A DNA stretch of 64,000 bases from Octopus sinensis (Eukaryota). The stretch covers positions 122,078,001-122,142,000 of the forward strand of contig NC_042999.1 of the NCBI RefSeq assembly GCF_006345805.1, in the 5' to 3' direction. The notes beneath the pieces are model-generated. The model had not been told where the DNA came from. It saw only the letters and a program-made list of their open reading frames with translations, and did no database searches. The translations under genes were made by a program, and so were the position numbers. Within the stretch, counting starts at the first letter, position 1. Every line of letters begins with the position of its first letter. Shown here piece after piece: positions 38,195 through 50,314 of this stretch.

Positions 38195-41099
38195 CACATA
38201 TATACATATAAACACATACACATAGATCTACTCACACACATATGCATGTACCCACACCCTTGCATACACACGCACACACACACACACACACAACACACAC
38301 ACACACACATTAGTTATATCTCTTTAGTCTGCCACATGATATTTCTGATATTTTATTACACATAATCTTAAGTTACATTAAGTTATATAAAAATCATTTC
38401 ATGATATTTTTTTATCATTCCGCATTTAACATATTTTTCATTTCTGGAATTCTCAATGTTACCATAATTTTGAAAAGTCCTTTCATATTAATTTTAGTAC
38501 CACATGTTAATGAAAAATTGGTTAAAATTTTTGATTATAAACTCTAAATTAAATTAGATGCTTTAAAAACTTGAATCTAAGATAGATTCTTAGGCGCTCA
38601 GAGCAGCCTAAGATTGACAAAGGCGCTTATTAACTGTAGTGGTTTAATGTACATTTTTCTACCTTGGGTACATGGAGGTTCAAGGAGGCCTTGTAAAGAA
38701 TCATAGGTACCAGCTTCCCTCTTGACTGAAGATATTAATAATTCAATATTTAAAGGTTGCACATTCTTTTTAAGTCCAAGAATCCCTCCACACTACTTAA
38801 TTCCAGATCCAAAATTTTTAGCATATGCAAGCACTTGTACAAGCTTTTTTTGTCAAACTGGAGGTTACCACCTGCTCACAGACTTTAGCCTTTTTTCTGT
38901 AACATTCTTCAACAGCTACATTATGGTTTCTACATTCAAAGAAGATGAAGATCTTGGTTTTCTTACTTTTCTTTTCTCTCTTTTTATTCCACTTTTTGCA
39001 TCAACCTTCTAAGCAATTTTTCCTTCTCATGAGCAGGCTGTTCCGTTGATCAGATCATCTGGAACCCTCATCGTCATAACCGACAGAGTGCCAGTAATAT
39101 AAAACGATTGTACTGCATTACCTTTGGATATCCTTGTTGCTTATTTTGATATATGTTTATAGGGTTGGGGTTCTTAATGGCATGTTATCTGTCAAAAATG
39201 TTGTGTTTAATGTAATTTTTGTTTTTATATTATTTATATTTACACATGTTGCTGGTGGTGTATTGTTTACAGTAAAACGTTTATATCTTATCCTATTTAT
39301 CATCATGTATTTACTAATGAAGGCGCAAGTATAGCTGCATGGATAAGAAGTTCATTTTGCAGAGCCACATAATTTTGTATAGTCATGATGCGTTTCTTTG
39401 AAATTTTTATAAGATAGCCAGGGTTTTGTTTTCTGAGCACCATCAATCTATCATGTATTAATCAAACTTATTCAGCCAAAATAACTGTAATGATTACAAT
39501 TATAATTAAAACAGATATCAACGTTATAGCCCTTATTTGCTTGATGTTATTGGTAACACATGAGAATGTTTAAACACTGAAACAATACCAATACAGAGAT
39601 CTTTTAGAAATGATGTTACTGCTGTCCAAAATCTTCAAGTATAACCCCAAATGGATAATTAATTAGTTATAAATGTAGAAAAATTATTCTTTGGAAGATA
39701 TCCTTAGAGAATAAAAAGCAGCAGCTAAAATGACCTCTAATTAAAACTAAAAGTTCTCTAAATCTCTTTTGCTGAATATCTTAATCATCTTATTGCACAA
39801 TGAAAAATGTGATTTAAATCTCATTTGCTAAATAAAATAAAAGTAACTCAAGGTCATATAAGAATTGAGTAAATTTTAAATTAATATTTTTCTCAGGTTA
39901 TACTATCTCTTGCTAAAAAGATGTAGAAACTTGTTATATAACTTTGATAAGCAAGTTATATAACTATAGAATAGTTCAATTCAAATTTGTTCAGAAAGTT
40001 GAAATTAGTATTTCTGTGCCTATGAGTTGCAAGGTAATGTAAAGTTTAGTAATATTTGTTTAGATTTTTAGTTTCCTTATGAGTAGATAATATGAAGAAT
40101 ATTTGGAGTTTCCAAATACAAGCTGACAATTCCAAACTGACAAGTACATAACAAACTGAATGACAAATGTATTGCAATTATCATTGACATACAGACAGCA
40201 AATGATTTTATGATGTAAAGATAAGGCAAAATACTGATTTGGCTTTCAAAGTATAATCCTTGTATTCTAAAGGTGATTGCTGACTACCATAGAAACAATG
40301 GTGCTGAAATGCTTTTGTCAGAACTGATATGATTATTCACAAGTGCATAAAACTCCTGTAACAAAAGAAGACATGCACAAATGTCTCTATAGTTGCTAAT
40401 CATGTGGAACTTTATATAACTGACATACATGAATTGAAGTAACTTGACTATACGAAACACTGTTATATTTGATTATGAAACAATTATTTACAATGAAGAT
40501 CAAAAATTCTGGTTGTGTGTAACTGGATTAAGTTGTAGCAAAGTAAATAACTCCTTCTTATTATAAATAGACATCTTGAGATATCTTCCTTGTACTAATA
40601 ACAGAAATATGTAAATGTAAATTTGAGACCTAAATATAACAAATATCTAGCTGATAAAATAAATGATGGAATCATAGCTCATACAAGTTATAATACTATT
40701 TAATTGTAACTGAGTTAATTTAATTGAAATGATGTCCTTAAGATGATAGACGTTAAGTAAAAAATTTTTTAAATATATGCCTTTAACCAGTTGAAAATTC
40801 TTTAAAAATGAAATATCTCACTTCCAGGTTGAAGTTGTGAGTTTAAATGTTTTAATATACTGACTTGGAAGCAAAGATTTACTGTGACATTGCCAAGTTT
40901 TAAACTAAAGTTTATAGAAGGAAGGAAATGCAAGTGAGTATTCCATGAAATAGCTGTATGCTGATCTATTGAGTTATAATATAGTACTATAGCTTATCAT
41001 TTTTTTAGCATGTATTTAATGAAGTGGTAGCATTCACTGAACATCTCTGATCTGGGACTTCAGTTCTCTGGGATTTAATATGTCACTGCATAGTGCCAA

Positions 41100-41445
41100 A
41101 CATCCCAATATTTTCTTCAAGATACAAGACCAGATACTGTAACAGCTTGGGTTTTGAGGGCCAACAGCTCTTCAGTATCTTCCCCAAAATCCTATGAGAC
41201 CTACATTGGGTGGATGCAAGTGTCTTCAAAGCAAAACTTGGTCTCCTCCTGTCAAGAATTCTGGATGAATCTAGCTCACAGATGGAAATGCAAAGAGGAG
41301 AGCAGCATCAAACTCCTTCATTCACCAAATATTGCATATCAGAGGAGGTTTCAAGGAATGAAACCATAATAAAACTAAGGTGGTGCCCCAGCATAGCTGC
41401 AGCTCTCATGCTGCAAATTGTAAAATAATTACAGAAGAATAAAAG
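41100..41445 (+). mobile_element. CR1/L2-like LINE 3' end
   Basis: FEGQQLFSIFPKIL*DLHWVDASVFKAKLGLLLSRILDES resembles the LINE ORF2 C-terminal pattern (GP.LFN.LP...R.......FK.KLD.FL...PDEP), followed by a tail similar to the local SINE tails. Confidence 0.6.
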
Positions 41446-42914
41446 AACTCAGTATATTTATTAAGGTTCATATATGTATGAGGCTCTCAGCTGTGCATAA
41501 TCCACAGATATTTGTTTCAATTTTGTGTGGTTTGCATCTACCAAGTACATTCCACGTTTTGTTGAATGCAGTAATACAATCTGTAATGGTCCAGACATAT
41601 TTAAACAGTATGGTTGTCTTTTTATTTCTGTGCTCCTGAAGGAAATAGTTTTGATTGAAATAATTTTGTTTGAATTTAATTACTAAGTATTAGTCTGGTT
41701 GAAATTACTACTGATTCATTACTGACAGTTTCAATGTTGTATGACAGATTAAGGCAGCACACATTTGTCTTTCTGAAAGTACAGTTTGCCTGGCTTGTTC
41801 TAGCCATTAAGTTTAATTTTTCAGATAGCTTGAGCAGCTGTAGCTGAGTTTTAAGTTATTTCTTTGACAATATTTTTTCATACAAAGTGTGGCATGAGAT
41901 ATAATTGATGTGGGTTTCTTTCATTCATCTCATGATATTTTCAAAAAAATATTCTGTAGTTTGTGGTTTGATATTATGAAGTACAATCAATAAGGTGTTT
42001 ACTATAATATATATATATATACACACACACACTATAACCTACAAAACTTTCAGCTAGTATATATTGATCACTTTAGTGTTATACAGGAAAAAAAATAGCA
42101 CCCAGCTAACCATGTTGTTTACAACACATATATTTTGTGAGAATGCGTGTAGTCAATTATCATTTTCGGTTCTTTGGTGGTATATATTTTTTGATTCCCA
42201 AAAATAAAAGTAAAAAGTGGAGCAGAAAATATGAAGAGATGTCACTAAATATTTCTTAGTATTTCGTTTCTTGTCCAATCAATTCTGCCAGGCATCTCTC
42301 CCACTTCCTTCTGTTGCCCTCTGTCTCTTGTCTTGCTGTATACATGCATGCATACATACATACAAACATGCATACATACATACATGCATACATACATACA
42401 TACATACATACATATAATGTATTTATTTACTGCTTTCATTAACAATCACAGTCAATCATATTGATCCCAGATCTTTATTTCAGTTACTGGTAATTAATTT
42501 ATCGATTTCTATTTGTCAAACTGCAGGGTACAATTTATAAAGAAACACATCATACAAAACACTGATATTTAGATTAGTTTAAACATAAAATAGTCACCAA
42601 CATAGACACATACATGCACGTGCACATAAAAGTTTGTGTGGGTGTATGCATGTATGTGTTTGTATATATACACATTTAAAACAAGTTGCAAATGATTAAA
42701 GCAGTTCAGGTTTCTCTGCACTCTTTACTAATCATAAAGTCAGAAGAATAATAGAAGTTATAGATATATTTCCATTAAAAACGATGCAGTGTTTTTGTTC
42801 AAACGTAGATATAATGGTTACAAAAATAAAATTATTGCTATTCAACATTCCAGATGATAGACAAAAATTTGATGAGATTTTCTTCCTTTGACTGAACAGA
42901 ATGATACATTCTCA

Positions 42915-43240
42915 TCTCTGTGGTGATTCCTGATGAGCTGGGGGCTTTCCCTGTCTTCTTATTCTTAATTGCTTTATCTACCAAGGTACTGTCAATTTGG
43001 ATAGCTGGTCCCTTTGGCGGGTCGACATTCAGCAGACTCTCTTTCTCCTATTCATTCTCTTTATTGAGTAGCCTTTCATAGTGGCATCTCCAAACCTCTC
43101 TCTTTGCAACCTCATTAAATGCAAGTGAACCATCATCCATGAGGACACATTTCTCTCCTCTGACATCATGATTCTCTCTCACACACTGTCTTGCAACACG
43201 AAATACCTCAAGTCTTTTGTCCTCATGGTGCAAAACATAT
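42915..43240 (-). mobile_element. RTE LINE fragment
   Basis: EVFRVARQCVRENHDVRGEKCV...WRCHYERLLNKENE*EKESLLNVDPPKGPAIQID...KTGKAPSSSGI; overlaps and matches the 6910-7188 fragment. Confidence 0.85.
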
Positions 43241-43394
43241 CTATAAATACACATAATACATATCTATAAATACACATAACACTTAACCCAATCCCCTAGC
43301 CCTTTCTCGTTTCACCACCTTTTTTCACAGTAACCACTGACCAGTTATGCTAATCTACTTCCTGCTATAGAGAGCAGTCACCATTTTCCTTTCC

Positions 43395-43496
43395 ATATCA
43401 GCTAACTCTGATGAGCATAAAGTTATATAATTGGATTGTTGCCTAACACACTATTGTATTCTTTATGCGAAACCAGTTGGTAAGATCAGCTGTGAT
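43395..43496 (+). ncRNA. Type I hammerhead ribozyme with long stem II
   Basis: CUGAUGA 43408-43414; stem II GCAUAAAG (43415-22)/CUUUAUGC (43461-68), 8 perfect bp, extended by AUAUAAU/AUUGUAU and UGUU(GCCU)AACA; GAAA 43469-72; stem III ACC(AGUU)GGU; GUA triplet, cut after 43482; bulged stem I CU/AG plus CAGCU/AGCUG. Confidence 0.8.
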
Positions 43497-43569
43497 TAAT
43501 ATTTAATACTATACTTTTCGGATAATATACCCGCTCCACTGACAGATATACGAGTACACCTTTTCCCTG

Positions 43570-44548
43570 GCTTATGGTCTCCTCCCTTCCCCCTCTCTCT
43601 TCATCGTCACCCCTCCCTCATAACTCCACCTCTACACAATCCAAACCCACCTTCCCCATCCATCCAACCCCACCTTCCCCATCTATATATATATATCATC
43701 ATCATCGTTTAACGTCCGTTTTCCGCGCTAGCATGGGTTGGACGGTTCGACCGGGGTCTGGGGAGCCAGGGGCTGCTCCAGGCTCCAGTCTGATCTGGCA
43801 GTTCCCCATCCATCCCATCCCACCCCACCTCACCTCATCCCTTACACCCACTCCCATACCCCACCTCTACCCCACCCTTGCTTTCCTCACTCTCACCCCC
43901 CAACATCCCATCACTATCACACCACACCACACACCACTACAATATACACCACCATACAACACTACATCATATCACACCACCATGCACACACTAGCACCCC
44001 ACCTCATCCCTTACACCCACTCCCATACCCCACCTCTACCCCACCCTTGCTTTCCTCACTCTCACCCCCCAACATCCCATCACTATCACACCACACCACA
44101 CACCACTACAATATACACCACCATACAACACTACATCATATCACACCACCATGCACACACTAGCACTGACAACTTCCCAGCTCACATCCACACACCTACA
44201 CATATACACATACACACATCAATGTCACCAGCTCTCTTCCACATGCACATACATGCTCTCTTATACACACGTACATGCACTTTCATTTTGGGATCACCAA
44301 TACTTTATTATATCGCCTTCTTCCTAGCTCTCCTGTGTGACCCCTCTGTCCAGCCTTCACCATGATAGATCACTAGCCACTACACATTTTTTATTTTCTC
44401 TCCTTCTTTCTTTCTGTGTTCCTTCCTGTGGAAGAGCATAGGCTCGAAACGTTAAAGACTTTTTTTATTTCCTGAGCGTTATACTAATACATCTGTTTGT
44501 TGTCTACACCACCTGTCTTCATCTTTTGTTTTTTGTGAATTCTCCCTG
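43570..44548 (+). mobile_element. Penelope-like element 3' region (C-rich tract, 169-bp tandem duplication, terminal repeat with hammerhead-like motif)
   Basis: 44340-44548 is the reverse-complement homologue of 55631-55860. Motif CUGUGGAA-GAGC(AUAG)GCUC-GAAA-CGU-U-AAAGAC at 44426-44459. Direct duplication 43829-43997/43998-44166. Interrupted by a repeat fragment at 43696-43801. Confidence 0.7.
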
Positions 44549-44567
44549 TATATATGTAGTTAAGGCT

Positions 44568-44669
<102 letters not shown>

Positions 44670-44768
44670 TATATACGTACATATATACGTATACATATAT
44701 TTACGCACACATGTATATACATATATATACATTTATGTATGTGTGGATGTGTATATGGATATATATAT

Positions 44769-44815
<47 letters not shown>

Positions 44816-44877
44816 GGAGTAAACACATAAATGTGAAACAAGGTGGAAAAAAAGAGTACTCAAATACCAGTAATATG

Positions 44878-45042
44878 CTTTATTTAAAGCAGCAGAAAAT
44901 TCAACAAAATCTGTTACTCTGAGTTTCTCGTTGCCGTTCATCAGACAGTTTTTGTTAGATTCTAACAAAAACTGTCTGATGAACGGCAACGAGAAACTCA
45001 GAGTAACAGATTTTGTTGAATTTTCTGCTGCTTTAAATAAAG
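44878..45042. repeat. Perfect 165-bp palindrome (82-bp arms, 1-nt centre at 44960) carrying two divergent hammerhead-like motifs
   Basis: Arms checked base by base. Plus 44972-45009: CUGU-CUGAUGA-A-CG(GCAA)CG-A-GAAA-CUCAGAG-UA/ACAG; mirror copy on minus 44911-44948. The host element starts at 44814 after (TA)n and ends at (TA)n. Confidence 0.9.
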
Positions 45043-45089
<47 letters not shown>

Positions 45090-45093
<4 letters not shown>

Positions 45094-45550
45094 CACCATC
45101 TGAACGTGACCGATGCCAAAAAGCACCATCCGAACGTGGCCATTGCCAGTGCAGCCTCCACTGGCTTCTGTGTCGGTGGCACATAAAAAGCACCATCCGA
45201 ACGTGACTGATGCCAACCCCGCCTCGAATGGCTTCTGTGCTGGTGGCACATATAAAGCACCATCCGAACGTGGCCGATGCCAGCACTGCCCCGACTGGCT
45301 TCTGTGCCAGTGGCACATAAAAAGCACCATCCGAACGTGGCCGATGCCAGACCCCTCTGGCACCTGTGCAGGTGGCATGTAAAAAGCACCCACTACACTC
45401 GCGGAGTGGTTGGCGTTAGGAAGGGCATCCAGCTGTAGAAACACTGCCAGATCAGACTGGAGCCTGGAGCAGCCCCTGGCTCCCCAGACCCCGGTCGAAC
45501 CGTCCAACCCATGCTAGCGCGGAAAACGGACGTTAAACGATGATGATGAT
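45090..45550. repeat. (GAT)n-tailed interspersed repeat with 5 internal subrepeats
   Basis: aagcaccatc(c/t)gaacgtg recurs at ~45091, 45121, 45189, 45256 and 45322; the rest matches 6380-6560. Confidence 0.85.
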
Positions 45551-48485
45551 ATATATATATACACACACATACATGTATATATAGGTATATACATACATGC
45601 ATATATATATATATATATATAAATATTTTTCTTACTTCATCTGTATTTCATCATTTGCTTAAGCTTTGAGTAGGCTCCTCAAAATTCAACTTCATATGTA
45701 CTTCCTTGATTGTTTTTTATCCTTCTGAAATTGAAAGCTGAAGTTCCAAGGGAATTTTCTCATGCTATAACCTAAGTATATAGGAATAATTAATGCATAT
45801 GTGATTTCTGTAGCAGCAGTGTTGGAAGAAGCACATTTAAAGTGGCATAAAATATACCGGTCATCACAACATAACGATCACCTTGACTGTAATTGATTTC
45901 TTCATTTGCTTTTTTCTTAAAATATGTTCAACAAAATACTTCAGTTGTAGAATTATAGTTCTTGTAGTCCAAGAATATAAAATCTACTTCTATGCATCTT
46001 ATAATTAAATTAATTTTGTTCACCTTTAGCATGTCTGAAAGCTTGCTAATGAATATAGTGAACAACATTTCAATTTTTCAAATATAGCTATTCATTTGCA
46101 AATTACTTACTTCCTGGTGTTGAAAATCTGATTGAAGTAGATTTTATGTTTTATGCTAGAATTATTCAGTATTGATAGTTACTGATGAATAAATTTCACT
46201 GAATATCCAATTGAGAATTGACATTTATTAATTCTTTTTGGTTTTGCACAGCAGTCTTCTCCTTAAAATTACTTTTATAATCTTTCAGTCATATATTTGC
46301 AAACATTTATGTATCCACTCATTGCATACATTCTTCAGAAAAAGGTCAAGAGTCAACACCTATGACCTTTGTTGATCTTTTAAAATTAATATTACAGATG
46401 TAGTTAAGGCTCAGCTTGAAGTTCTGGTGGTTCATGTTTGTAAGTGAAGTGTAGACATAGAAGAGTCACATGTCAGGCATAATGATTAGCAAAAAAATAT
46501 ACTCTGTGCTTCTTTTAGATGGGTGTGAGATAGTAGGTATACTTAAAGAACAGACAAATGGATTCAATTGACAATGGTGAAGATGGTATGGAAATTGTAT
46601 ATAGTTGATTAATTCAAAGGAACAGTTCCAACTGTGATAGCATTATGGAAAGAAAGAAAACACTATGTCGTGTAGCATACAAAAATTTCATGTTCCCACT
46701 CTGGTATTTCAAAATGACATTGAAATGTCATGAGACTATTATCTCTAAAGGATTCATTATTATTAACCAGCTCTAATTTCATAATTAAAGTGGATGGATT
46801 AGTTTATATGGTTAAAATTGCTATACATGCATGAAACACATTATTTTCTTCTGCACGATGACTTAACTTCCTGGGTTTTATGATATTAAGAAATTTGTCT
46901 CTTTAGCTACATCATAAAAGTTTCAAATTTAATTATTTTTGCATTTGAGATAATCTTTGATTATGTGTTAGAAGTGATGTTTGTTTCTTTGCTACTTTTT
47001 CCTATTCAAAGAGCATCATAATTAATAGTCAAATATCAACTTCCTCTACAACTTATCAGTAGAATCTAATTGTTATGTTATGTAATTGAAATTAAATGAA
47101 AATACATACAAAACTGAGAGCATAGTCCATGTTGAAAAATTATTTTTCTATCTCCGAAATCTTTGATCATAAGCAGATTGTTGACTTGAGCAACTCGAAA
47201 GTATTTGATACAAAATTTCAAAAATATTCCCTGTTTTATTGAAAAGTACAATGTGTCTCAGGAAACATGAGCTACTAATATCCTGTTTATCTCTAATGCA
47301 ATGAGAGTGCTTCACAGAGTAAACAGACTGTTTCAAACCATTAACTTCCATGGGCCTTTTGGCACCATTTGACTTTCCTAGTTTATTAGAAATTCATATA
47401 TTGAAAATGGTTACACTATAGTGTTAGTTCTGACATTACCAATAAATGAAAGATGTCATAAGGCATGCATGAATATTTTAGCAGCGATTTAAAATATTGT
47501 TGAAATCAAATATTGTTTCTTCTTTATTATTTTTTCTAAAACAAGTGAATCTATTCCGAAATCTTTACATGTCAAACAGCTGCTTTTAGATATTTCAGAT
47601 ACTATATTTACAGAATCTCCTTATATATGTTTGTGTGTGTGTGTCTGTGTGTGTTTTTGCATGCATAAAATGTGTGTGCATAAAATATTTACAAGTATGG
47701 CTTAAAGAAGATAAAAGAGAACAGATTTCATCACACAAGTCAAATCATGCATCCATTGCTTGCTTGAATAAATTAAACAGAAGCACAATAGGTTGTCAAG
47801 TAATAGATGTGGAATTCAGCTTCCATGATGGGATCACTTCTCTGTCCTCTGGTTTTTGGCCTTACTTGCAAATGCTTTACATTCATTTATTCTTTTACTA
47901 GAATTGACTATAATCGGATGCCACCATCATAGGTTTAGTCAATTTTAGCATCATAGTAATTACCTCACTCTGGAATGAATTTTATTAGTTTCTATATTAC
48001 TATCAGTTTATGAACAGAATGTGGTTGACATCAAAAGACACTGTAAACATTCCATTTTAGACAGAGACTCAGCTATTGACACACACACACGCACACACAC
48101 ATGCATACATAAATACATCATCATCATCATAATTTAACGTCCATTTTCCATGTTGGCATGGGTTGGATTGTTTGACAGGAGCTCGCTAGGCAGAAGGCTG
48201 CACCAGGCATCACTGGCTGCTTTGATGTTGTTTCTAGTTGGATGCCCTTCCAAGTGCCAACTACTTTACAGTGTGGACTGGATACTTTTTACATGGCACC
48301 AACACTGACGGGGTCAGCAAATAACTTGCAAGACAAAGATCTTTTGAGAGTGGGGAGGGTCATTGGAGGAGGTGGCTTTGTGCCAGGTGATGAGAGGTTA
48401 GAGCGTGACAGAGGGACAGAAACAGGTGTCTTGCTGTATGTATATACATTTTTATCTACACACAAACACACACACACACACACAC

Positions 48486-48540
<55 letters not shown>

Positions 48541-48654
48541 CAGATATAGGGTGAAAGATAATTAATTTAATAAATAAAATCAACAAATTTCACCTAGTAG
48601 TTTTCGGTATGGAAAAGGGCCATATTCGGTAAAAACTTATACAAAAAGTATTTT

Positions 48655-48833
48655 ATATATAATTATAACTATAAGGGTTTTGCAACAAGTTGCTTGACCA
48701 CATACTGAAAATTTTAGAAATAGCAGCCAAAAGACTACTAAAGGAAATAGTAGTCTTTTGGCTGCTATTTCTAAAATTTTTGGTATGTGGTCAAGCAACT
48801 TGTTGCAAAACCCTTATTGTTATAATTATATAT
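48655..48833. repeat. Long inverted repeat (86-bp arms, 3 mismatches, 7-nt loop)
   Basis: Arms 48655-48740 and 48748-48833, loop aaggaaa. Part of an element starting at ~48539 after (TA)n and ending in (TA)n. Confidence 0.9.
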
Positions 48834-49094
48834 ATATATATATTTCATTTGCACTGTTTGCGTTTACTATATTCTACTCAAAAGTTATTGTTCAGTTAAA
48901 CACAAAGTGTGTATTTAGAAAATATCAACCATTTAAGTTATTGATACTACATGAATATTTCCATAGGCCTAATATATTAAAAAATACCAACATCTGAAAC
49001 AAGTGAAGAAATATTTACCAGCATCCATAAAAATGATATGGACGCTGGTAAATCACCTAGATATGGTAACCATTACAGATGGTGAAATTACAAC

Positions 49095-49335
49095 TTTGGC
49101 ACGTAAAAGGCACCAACCGATCATGGCCACTGCCAGCCTCCCCAGGCGCCTGTGCCAGTGGCATGTAAAAAGCACCCACTACACTCACAGAGTGGTTGGC
49201 ATTAGGAAGGGCATCCAGTTGTAGAAACACTGCCAGATCAAACTGGAGCCTGGTGCAGCCTCCTTGCTTCCCAGACCCCTGTCGAACTGTCCAACCCATG
49301 CTAGCACGAAAAACGGACGTTAAATGATGATGATG
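49095..49335. repeat. (GAT)n-tailed interspersed repeat
   Basis: Same family as 6262-6560, with a single subrepeat. Confidence 0.8.
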
Positions 49336-50280
49336 TATGTCACCCACATCATAAGTTACTATGTAATAATGTCATCATGGTATTACCTATCTATGAGATA
49401 TGGTGTCATAGGTAGAACATTATGCAACAAAATATGTAAAAGTATGACTCTGAAGGTACAAATATAAGAAACCACAGAGGTGAGGAGGGCATACTTACTC
49501 ATAATTTGAAAGACTTCTGGTAGAATGTTTCTGTAGAAACACCAATAAAATGGAAGAACATTGGACCATTATGATCTGAGACTGCAGAAAGAAATTATTC
49601 TCAGCAGATGTTTGCATAATGTGAAAGATTAATATAAAATAAAGTATCTCCATACTAAATTGATGAGGAGTTGCACCTTCAGGACTGTACTCTACCTAGA
49701 CAGTACTCTATCTGGACTGTATTTAATTTGGATGGTACTCCATCTAGACAGTACACCTTCTGGACCATACCTTAAAATTTTAACCAATTATTATTGGAGC
49801 TCATGGATACATGCTTCACTATTTCAGTACTAATCTTGAGAAAATGAGCTTCATAAAACCAGAAGAAAACTCATACAGCTTCAAACCATGAATGCATTGT
49901 CAAAATATGGAAAACAATCAAGATATTTAGCCTGTAATAAGATCTGCATATGCAATGACATCTATGCCTGCACCCAGGAATGTGTGCGCACATGGATATT
50001 ATACAAACACGCTTTATACACATATATGTAAACATGCATACATGTGCGTTTAGATATATCCATACTTACATACACAATACATACATGCAAGCAGGACTAT
50101 CCCATTGATGTTGTCTAAATTACAATGAAAGATCCTTTTTTCTAGGCTAGAAACCAGTCCTATTTTCATTGATGTAAAATTAAAATAATAAAACCAGGAA
50201 AACATACATATATAAATATTCAAAGTAACATAATTCATTCCAAGGGACTATATGTCAACAATATATCATCATCATCATGG

Positions 50281-50314
<34 letters not shown>

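Noticed and set aside
38600-39010. Possible processed pseudogene on the minus strand (KVDAKSGIKREKRKVRKPR...)
   Set aside because: Only modestly depleted of stops and no recognisable family.
43574-44365. 263-aa Pro/His/Thr-rich ORF
   Set aside because: Low-complexity C/A-rich tract with a tandem duplication and an inserted repeat fragment.
47148-47377. Possible host exon (KSNGAKRPMEVNGLKQSVY...)
   Set aside because: Open frame with a weak acceptor, but no homology I can recognise and no supporting neighbouring exons; needs RNA-seq.
48590-48640. Hammerhead-like motif next to the second fold-back
   Set aside because: Minus strand reads CCGAAUA rather than CUGANGA, and the hairpin does not abut GAAA correctly.
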